From assembly GCA_947632565.1 (NCBI GenBank), contig CANRPT010000001.1:1-32000 (forward strand): a stretch of 32,000 nt of DNA. The letters run 5' to 3'. The notes under the pieces are model-generated. The model made no database searches. It was not told the origin of the DNA and was given only the letters and a program-made list of their open reading frames with translations. Both the position numbers and the translations under genes were made by a program. Shown here one piece after another: positions 1 through 5,497 of the stretch (position 1 is the first letter of the stretch; every line of letters starts with the position of its first letter). The DNA comes from an uncultured Bacilli bacterium. GTDB lineage: Bacteria; Bacillota_I; Bacilli_A; RF39; UBA660.

Positions 1-335
1 TGTTGATTTTGCTGTGAATTGGATTGTTCTTGACCTTGTTCTTCATTTTGAATTTCAGAATTTTGTCCTTGTGATTGGTTTTTATTTTGTTTTTGAGAAT
101 TTTCTGAAGAACTTTGTCCTTGACTTTGCTGCTCTTGTTCAGAAGATGATGAGCCTTGTTGATTTTGCTGTGAATTGGATTGTTCTTGACCTTGTTCTTC
201 ATTTTGAATTTCAGAATTTTGTCCTTGTGATTGATTTTCATTTTGTTTTTGAGAATCTTCTGAAGAATTTTGTCCTTGACTTTGTTGCTTTTGTTCAGAA
301 GATGATGAGCCTTGTTGATTTTGTTGATTACTCTT
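1..335. repeat. Tandem direct repeat with a 156-bp unit (52 codons, in frame with the minus-strand CDS). There are two full copies (1-156, 157-312) and a short diverging third copy; the array may continue left of the window.
   Basis: I aligned the copies by hand: 150/156 positions are identical. All 6 differences fall in unit positions 78-130, and the first 77 nt are identical. The encoded unit is approximately QGSSSSEQ(K/E)QQSQGQ(N/S)SSE(D/N)SQKQN(E/K)NQSQGQNSEIQNEEQGQEQSNSQQNQ. Confidence 0.9.
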
Positions 336-755
336 CCGATTTTGCCCTTGGCTTTGGTGTTTTTCTTTCAGTAATTTATCATATAATTGTTCTGCATCGT
401 AATTTATTGCTTCTGCAATATCTACGACTCCTTCAACAAGTTTCAAACCATCTCGTTTTAAAAATTGATTTATAACACCATCTGTTGCTGTATTCCAAAC
501 ATCAGGATCTTTACCTTCACTTCTTCTTATATGGTCGAAAGCTATATGACATACTTCGTGAGCAAATGTAAAAGTTTGCTCATCTGGTTTCAGTTTTTTT
601 AAAAAATCCGGATTATAATATATTGTTTGTCCATCAGTACCTGCTACTGCTGGTATTTCTTTATTCTCTTTATAGTTTACATTTGCGACTACACTTCCAA
701 AGAAAGGATATTTTACAAGCATTTTTCTTTTTATAGATTCAATATTAAAGCTCAT
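1..755 (-). CDS. Partial CDS (first 251 codons; the 3' end lies beyond the left window edge). It encodes an HExxH putative metallopeptidase domain (DUF2201_N-like) followed by a Gln/Ser/Asn/Glu-rich low-complexity region.
   Basis: It is absent from the ORF track because it stays open to the window edge. My minus-strand translation from ATG 755..753 reads MSFNIESIKRKMLVKYPFFGSVVANVNYKENKEIPAVAGTDGQTIYYNPDFLKKLKPDEQTFTFAHEVCHIAFDHIRRSEGKDPDVWNTATDGVINQFLKRDGLKLVEGVVDIAEAINYDAEQLYDKLLKEKHQSQGQNRKSNQQNQQGSSSSEQKQQSQGQNSSEDSQKQN... An SD (GAGGA) lies 7 nt upstream. The HEVCH motif, the downstream H/R residues and the WNxAxDxxIN pattern match my memory of the DUF2201_N family, which normally precedes a VWA-like domain and neighbours AAA_5 ATPases. 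Confidence 0.7.
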   Translation of the reverse strand, partial: MSFNIESIKRKMLVKYPFFGSVVANVNYKENKEIPAVAGTDGQTIYYNPDFLKKLKPDEQTFTFAHEVCHIAFDHIRRSEGKDPDVWNTATDGVINQFLKRDGLKLVEGVVDIAEAINYDAEQLYDKLLKEKHQSQGQNRKSNQQNQQGSSSSEQKQQSQGQNSSEDSQKQNENQSQGQNSEIQNEEQGQEQSNSQQNQQGSSSSEQEQQSQGQSSSENSQKQNKNQSQGQNSEIQNEEQGQEQSNSQQNQ

Positions 756-765
756 AATTTATTCC

Positions 766-1161
766 TCAAATATGAGCAACTAATGAATAAATTTCTTCAT
801 TAATTGTTTCTTTACTTATATTTTTAGCAGTTAAAATGATTCTTGTATTTTCTGGTATTTTAAATGTAGAAACTTGTCTATATTCTAATAATTCTTTGAA
901 TTTTAATTGTTCTTCTTTAGAGATGCTATCAATATCCTTTATAACAATTATTTTAGCTTCATTTGTATTCGTTAAATCATAATACCATTTAGGAGCTAGG
1001 AAATCTTCTTTCTCATAATGACCGTTCAATTCTTTTACTTCACAATTTGCTGGTATTATTATAGATTCTGGAATATTGATATTTGATGCAAAATCTATAA
1101 GAACGGGAGTAACATTAACTGAAATATAGCTTTTTAACATATTCATTTTATCATTATTCAT
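766..1161 (-). CDS. 131-aa protein: a P-loop-less, probably catalytically dead paralog of the AAA+ core of the upstream ATPase.
   Basis: Listed ORF. Its ATG overlaps the ATPase stop (ATGA at 1161..1158), and an SD (GGAGGT) lies 8 nt upstream. The segment KIIVIKDIDSISKEEQLKFKELLEYRQVSTFKIPENTRIILTAKNI aligns by eye with LHIVFFDEITNALPSIQGMAFNIILDREVNGMWQLPENARTVAAGNE of the 626-aa protein. There is no GxxxxGK[ST] motif, and Walker B DE is replaced by KD. Confidence 0.75.
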   Translation of the reverse strand: MNNDKMNMLKSYISVNVTPVLIDFASNINIPESIIIPANCEVKELNGHYEKEDFLAPKWYYDLTNTNEAKIIVIKDIDSISKEEQLKFKELLEYRQVSTFKIPENTRIILTAKNISKETINEEIYSLVAHI

Positions 1162-3038
1162 ATTTTTCTACCTCCTAAATTTGCAAGTCTAGCTTCAGCA
1201 ATTAATTCTAATCTAGATTCATCACCATGTGCCCATAGCGAATCAAATATTGCTCCAAACTCCGCTCCTAGATTAGTTACGAAACTTCTTACTTTCTCCA
1301 TATTTTCTTCATCCACTTGAGAAAGCCCCATTGTCGTAGCATATCTTTGGGCAGTATTTAATGATTGTATATCTCTTTCACTATAATATCCATTTATTAC
1401 ATCATCTAATGTTATAACTCGTTGCTTGCAGAATTCTACAAATTCTCTAGTTATATCTTCTCCTACTAAAGCCCTTAACATTTCTGGACTTCCAGTAGCA
1501 TAAAGCATTTTTGATGCCATTTCCCATTTTCTTGGATCGGCATTTGGCTTTTCTCCATCATATTTGCTTCTTAATGTTTCACCATTTTTATAAGCTATAT
1601 AGGAATAAATTGCAGGATGGATATTATGTTCACTTGCCCATTTTAGCCATCCTTCTGTTGTTGTTTTGATATAAACATGAGCAAATCTATTAAATAATGG
1701 TTCAGCTAATTGATTTGCTGATAAAGAATCTTTCATTTCATTTCCGGCAGCGACAGTTCTTGCATTTTCTGGTAATTGCCACATTCCATTTACTTCTCTA
1801 TCTAAAATAATATTAAAGGCCATTCCTTGAATACTAGGCAAAGCATTTGTTATCTCATCAAAGAATACGATATGTAATTTATCTGGTTCCGCTTCACATT
1901 TCGCTTCTAATTTTTTTAACCATGTAGGCTTAACATCAATCATTTCGCCTTTTTCAGAATTATAAACACTTTTACCATTTAAACTTTCAGGTGTTGCATT
2001 TCTCAAATATATAATGACGCTACCGGGGTCAATTTGTTTTACTCTTGCACTTTTTCCTTCACTTGATGCACCATGTAAAAACACAGCTATTCCACTTTCA
2101 ATGGCACCTTTTATAATTTCTTCTTCACTGACTGACTTAAAATTCAATCCATAAGGATTTCTTCTTTTTTTAGCTCCTTTTTGTTTTTCTTCAAAAGCTT
2201 TTTCTTCTGGTGTCACTTGAAGAATTGTGCTTGGTACTATATCTCTTGCAAAATAAGTATTTAAGAAATGATACATCTCTGTATTTTTAAAATTGCCAGC
2301 ATAATTATAATCATTACAAAATCTTAATCCCGATGCAATCAAATTTTTACTTAACATAATTCTAGCATCATTATCAACATACCATTTAAGAGGAGATACT
2401 TCTATCCAAACATTATCTCCATATTTATATTGTTTTCCGTTTGAAAGTATATAGATATTTGTATTTCTATAATATGCTCTTATACATTTTCTTCCATTAT
2501 ATTCATATTCTTCATGTTCTACAGCTTTAAATGGAGAATAATTCTCGTTCCATTTTCTAGAATCCGTTGTATATGTTTTTCCAGTTTTTCTTATAGTACC
2601 AGAAAGATATGCTTGTTCTAATTCAGATTCCATAGATGTACTAACAACATATTGTGGATATTCTCCATACTCTACTTCAAGAAATCCATTCCTTTCCCCC
2701 ACTACGTTCGGGGAGATATCAGAGATAGTAGAGAACGGTAAGGCTGGGCGAACTCCGCCTGACCTCTTACCAACACTAGCACATTCACTATTACCTTCAT
2801 AAGTAACAGTACGGATATCCCCAGCGTCATCAGAGGATGATAAATAATACCACCCCGTACGACCTTTTAAAGAATTATCATAATCTACATGATAATCATC
2901 AGAAACATAAGCTCCCAACAATATAGCAAAATCTGTTATTGCACACATTTCACCAATATTACTTATTAAATCAATTCTATCACTACCAAAAACTTGGTCT
3001 TCATCAAGTAATGTGAATTTTTTCATATCAAAATTCAT
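1158..3038 (-). CDS. 626-aa fusion protein. It has an N-terminal ~285-aa beta-rich module (DUF6273-like GVRPAL motif), a basic linker, a MoxR/AAA_5-like AAA+ ATPase core and a C-terminal helical region.
   Basis: Listed ORF 1158..3050. I prefer ATG 3038 (MNFDMKKF...) because the SD GAGGTG sits at 3047..3042. Walker A is HGASSEGKS (nt ~2049-2075), Walker B is IVFFDEIT, sensor-1 is VAAGNE, followed by LFNRF. The N-terminal part contains GWYYLSSSDDAGDIRTVTYEGNSECASVGKRSGGVRPALPF and WIEVSPLKWYVDNDARIMLSKNLIASGLRF. Confidence 0.8.
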   Translation of the reverse strand: MNFDMKKFTLLDEDQVFGSDRIDLISNIGEMCAITDFAILLGAYVSDDYHVDYDNSLKGRTGWYYLSSSDDAGDIRTVTYEGNSECASVGKRSGGVRPALPFSTISDISPNVVGERNGFLEVEYGEYPQYVVSTSMESELEQAYLSGTIRKTGKTYTTDSRKWNENYSPFKAVEHEEYEYNGRKCIRAYYRNTNIYILSNGKQYKYGDNVWIEVSPLKWYVDNDARIMLSKNLIASGLRFCNDYNYAGNFKNTEMYHFLNTYFARDIVPSTILQVTPEEKAFEEKQKGAKKRRNPYGLNFKSVSEEEIIKGAIESGIAVFLHGASSEGKSARVKQIDPGSVIIYLRNATPESLNGKSVYNSEKGEMIDVKPTWLKKLEAKCEAEPDKLHIVFFDEITNALPSIQGMAFNIILDREVNGMWQLPENARTVAAGNEMKDSLSANQLAEPLFNRFAHVYIKTTTEGWLKWASEHNIHPAIYSYIAYKNGETLRSKYDGEKPNADPRKWEMASKMLYATGSPEMLRALVGEDITREFVEFCKQRVITLDDVINGYYSERDIQSLNTAQRYATTMGLSQVDEENMEKVRSFVTNLGAEFGAIFDSLWAHGDESRLELIAEARLANLGGRKI

Positions 3039-3058
3039 ATTGCACCTCATTCACATGT

Positions 3059-3067
3059 ATTTTACCA
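3059..3067 (-). promoter_or_regulatory. Possible extended -10 promoter (TGgTAAAAT) for the three-gene operon.
   Basis: The minus strand reads ...cttaTGgTAAAATacatgtgaatGAGGTGcaatATG. There is no good -35, and the implied leader is very short. Confidence 0.3.
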
Positions 3068-3230
3068 TAAGTATACAAAAAATAGTATAGATTTACGAAA
3101 TAATGCAAAATTGTTAAAAGAAAAAGTAGATTGTGTTCAAAGACAAAAAAGTGAAATTTAGTCTTACAATTTCTATTTATGTATATTTTATGAAATTTAA
3201 CTTTTCATTTGAGCATTATTATGAATTTAT

Positions 3231-3261
3231 AATAAAAGAGAACTTAATAATGAAGTTCTCT
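3231..3261 (-). terminator. Intrinsic terminator of the rpsF-ssb-rpsR operon.
   Basis: The minus strand reads TAA GAGAACTT cattatt AAGTTCTC TTTTATTAT: an 8-bp stem, 7-nt loop and T-rich tail immediately after the rpsR stop. Confidence 0.75.
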
Positions 3262-3476
3262 TACTTTGTATAAGGTAATAAAGCAATTGCACGAGCACGT
3301 TTGATTTGTTCTGCAATATGTCTTTGATGTTTTGCACATGCTCCTGTAATTCTTCTTGGTAAAATTTTACCTTTATCATTAATATATCTTTTTAAAGTTT
3401 CTACATCTTTATAATTGATATCTTTTCCAGTACACATGTAACATACTTTTTTCTTTTTCTTAAAAAATTCTGCCAT
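3261..3476 (-). CDS. rpsR: 30S ribosomal protein S18.
   Basis: 71 aa. The sequence ...[58 protein letters not shown] is unmistakably S18, and the rpsF-ssb-rpsR synteny supports it. Confidence 0.97.
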   Translation of the reverse strand: MAEFFKKKKKVCYMCTGKDINYKDVETLKRYINDKGKILPRRITGACAKHQRHIAEQIKRARAIALLPYTK

Positions 3477-3493
3477 TTTCTTTTCCTCCTTCT

Positions 3494-3976
3494 TTAGAAT
3501 GGTAATTCATCATCACTAATCTCAATAGAAGATCCGAAATCTGCAAATGGATCATTTGATACATCTGTTGTTGGAGTTGTTTGTGTATCTGCAAAATCAT
3601 ATGGGGTTGGATTATCATTGGTAGATGGTTGACTTCCATTACTTCCACCATTATTGCTTCCTTTTGTACCTAAAAATTGTACATTATCGGCAATTACTTC
3701 TGTTACATATCTTTTTTGTCCATCTTGTCCATCATAACTTCTGGTTTGAATATGTCCATCTATTGCTACTTGACTACCTTTTGAAAGATAATTTTTTACA
3801 TTTTCTGCCTGTTTTCTCCAAACAACAATATTAATAAAATCTGCTTCTCTTTCTCCATTTTGATTCGTAAATGTTCTATCTACTGCTAAACTAAATGATG
3901 CTGATGGGATATTACTACTTGTATATCTTAATTCTGGGTCTCTTGTTAATCTTCCGATTAAAAATACTTTATTCAT
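3494..3976 (-). CDS. ssb: Single-stranded DNA-binding protein.
   Basis: 160 aa. It has the OB-fold N-terminus [19 protein letters not shown], a Gly/Asn/Ser/Pro-rich linker and the acidic C-terminal tip DDELPF. Confidence 0.97.
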   Translation of the reverse strand: MNKVFLIGRLTRDPELRYTSSNIPSASFSLAVDRTFTNQNGEREADFINIVVWRKQAENVKNYLSKGSQVAIDGHIQTRSYDGQDGQKRYVTEVIADNVQFLGTKGSNNGGSNGSQPSTNDNPTPYDFADTQTTPTTDVSNDPFADFGSSIEISDDELPF

Positions 3977-3989
3977 TTTATTACCTCTC

Positions 3990-4280
3990 TTACTTATCTA
4001 CTCTTACTATTAAATGACGAAGAATATTTTCATTAATTAATGCTAAACGATCAAATTCCTTTGTAGCATTTAAATCTTCGGTTTCTATAGTAAATAAGAA
4101 ATAATAACCTGTCTTATATTTATTAATTTCATAAGCTAAGTCTTTTTGTCCCATCTCTTTTAATTCTAATACGTTCGCATGATTGTTTTCTAAGGCTGTC
4201 TTCATATCTTCTGCTACTTGTTTCATTGTTTGTTCTTCTACATCAGGTTTTACGATGAACATAATTTCATATTTTCTCAT
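3990..4280 (-). CDS. rpsF: 30S ribosomal protein S6.
   Basis: 96 aa, MRKYEIMFIVKPDV..., in the conserved position upstream of ssb. The SD is AAAGGAGGTG. Confidence 0.95.
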   Translation of the reverse strand: MRKYEIMFIVKPDVEEQTMKQVAEDMKTALENNHANVLELKEMGQKDLAYEINKYKTGYYFLFTIETEDLNATKEFDRLALINENILRHLIVRVDK

Positions 4281-4312
4281 TTTCTACACCTCCTTTTGGT
4301 CATTGGCTATTG

Positions 4313-4342
4313 CTAGCAAGGAGTATATTTCATACTCGCTAG
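4313..4342 (-). promoter_or_regulatory. Structured hairpin in the rpsF 5' leader, a candidate autoregulatory element.
   Basis: The minus strand reads CTAGC GAGTAT gaaa ATACTC ctt GCTAG: 6+5 bp with a 3-nt bulge, ~30 nt upstream of the SD. A possible promoter lies just upstream (TTTACA, 17 nt, TATATT; -10 at 4344..4349). Confidence 0.35.
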
Positions 4343-4351
4343 TAATATAGC

Positions 4352-4385
4352 AAAAAAAAAGCATTTTGTAAATGCTTTTTTTATT
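4352..4385 (-). terminator. Intrinsic terminator after the Zn-dehydrogenase gene.
   Basis: The stem is GCATTT/AAATGC, extended by flanking A9 and T9 runs. On the minus strand it is followed by a 9-T tract. Confidence 0.75.
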
Positions 4386-4387
4386 TT

Positions 4388-5413
4388 TTATCGTTTTGGA
4401 TCCACCAATATTTTGACGGCAGAGTCTGTTCCGGATGTTAATCTTTCGTAAGAAGCTTGCACTTGTTCTAATCCAACAATATCATCTACAAATTTGGTTA
4501 CTTCTACTTGTTTAGTTGCGATTAAATCAATACAAGTCTTAAATTCTTCTTTCGTATAACCGATTGCTCCTAATACTTTTAGTTCTTTCATGACAGCCAT
4601 TACGGTATAAATCGAGATATCTTTAGTAGAAACTCCTACTAATACAATTGTTCCTCCTGGTCTTACTAGGGTAAGGGAACTGTTTACTGCTGGAGCATTT
4701 CCTACACATTCAATTACGACATCAAATCCTCCGTTTGTTTTCTCTAAAAGGGTTGGAACGGTATTTTGATCTTTGGCATCATACCATTCATCAGCGATTC
4801 CTAGCGATACAGATTTTTTTCCTCTTTCTGGATTCGTTTCTGTTAAAATAACAGAGCTTGCTCCCTCTTTTTTCGCAAACATGGCAGATACTAATCCAAT
4901 AATTCCTCCACCAATTACTAATACTTTTGCTCCTACTTTAATATCGGCTAAGTGAATTGCATGAAGTCCTACCGCAGTTGGTTCTACCATGGCTCCTTCT
5001 TCAAAAGATACTGTATCTGGTAATTTTAATACCATATCTTGTCTTACTTTTATTTTTTTGGATAATCCTCCTGGATAATCCATCGATAATCCTACTGCAT
5101 GAGTCCAAGTATCCTTACAGTATTGAATATTTCCTGTTTCACAACTATCACATTCTAAGCAAGGAGAAATTGGTAATCCCGTTACTCGATCTCCTACTTG
5201 TAAATCTGTTCTTGTTCCAGGGTGAATTACTGTACCACTAAATTCATGACCCATAATTAATCCAACTGGTTCTCCATTTTCCCAGTAATGAATATCGGAA
5301 CCACAAATTCCACACTTTTCTACTTCAATTAATACATCTTTTTCACTTGGAGTTGGTTCTTCTACCTCTTTGATTTCAAATTCTCTAACTCCTTTGATTG
5401 CTACACTTTTCAT
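4388..5413 (-). CDS. Zinc-dependent medium-chain alcohol/polyol dehydrogenase (sorbitol / threonine / butanediol dehydrogenase-like).
   Basis: 341 aa. It has the catalytic-zinc motifs CGICGSDIHYW and GHEFSGTV, the structural-zinc Cys cluster CLECDSCETGNIQYC and the Rossmann motif VIGGGIIG. Confidence 0.88.
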   Translation of the reverse strand: MKSVAIKGVREFEIKEVEEPTPSEKDVLIEVEKCGICGSDIHYWENGEPVGLIMGHEFSGTVIHPGTRTDLQVGDRVTGLPISPCLECDSCETGNIQYCKDTWTHAVGLSMDYPGGLSKKIKVRQDMVLKLPDTVSFEEGAMVEPTAVGLHAIHLADIKVGAKVLVIGGGIIGLVSAMFAKKEGASSVILTETNPERGKKSVSLGIADEWYDAKDQNTVPTLLEKTNGGFDVVIECVGNAPAVNSSLTLVRPGGTIVLVGVSTKDISIYTVMAVMKELKVLGAIGYTKEEFKTCIDLIATKQVEVTKFVDDIVGLEQVQASYERLTSGTDSAVKILVDPKR

Positions 5414-5497
5414 CTTCTACCTCCTAAGATTATTGTACCATTATTTTCTTTTTTTAACAGTAATAATCTTATTTCCAGGTATTTTTTTTACATTTGT

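Noticed and set aside
1-335. Possibility that the repeated DNA at the left edge is a CRISPR array or a mobile-element terminal repeat.
   Set aside because: The 156-bp units are directly adjacent with no spacers, are far longer than CRISPR repeats, and are exactly in frame (52 codons) within a CDS. No cas or transposase genes are visible.
14-475. Listed 153-aa plus-strand ORF (MNWIVLDLVLHFEFQNF...), itself internally repeated.
   Set aside because: It is the antisense reading of the Q/S-rich tandem repeat. The F/L/V-rich product has no SD. The opposite strand carries a much better supported CDS with an HExxH domain, an SD and operon context.
3151-3201. 9-bp direct repeat TGAAATTTA at about 3152 and 3191 in the spacer upstream of the ATPase operon.
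   Set aside because: It is short and entirely A/T-rich in an AT-rich spacer, so it is compatible with chance.
1-3260. The idea that the three-gene cluster is part of a prophage, ICE or transposon.
   Set aside because: No integrase, transposase, att-like direct repeats or tRNA target are visible in the part inside the window. The left boundary is outside the window, so mobility can be neither supported nor excluded.
3460-3834. ORFs 3460..3651 (-) and 3625..3834 (+) overlapping ssb.
   Set aside because: They lie fully inside or antisense to the well-supported ssb gene. Their products are low-complexity and they have no SD.
5135-5142. parS half-sites: TGTTTCAC at 5135..5142, GTGAAACA at 28428..28435, and a CACGTG core at 31703..31708.
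   Set aside because: Each is only half of the 16-bp palindrome, the partner half does not match, and all lie inside unrelated coding sequence.
4773-5241. Plus-strand ORFs 4773..4955 and 4957..5241 inside the dehydrogenase gene.
   Set aside because: They are antisense to a CDS with clear zinc-ADH motifs, and they are typical AT-rich antisense open frames.
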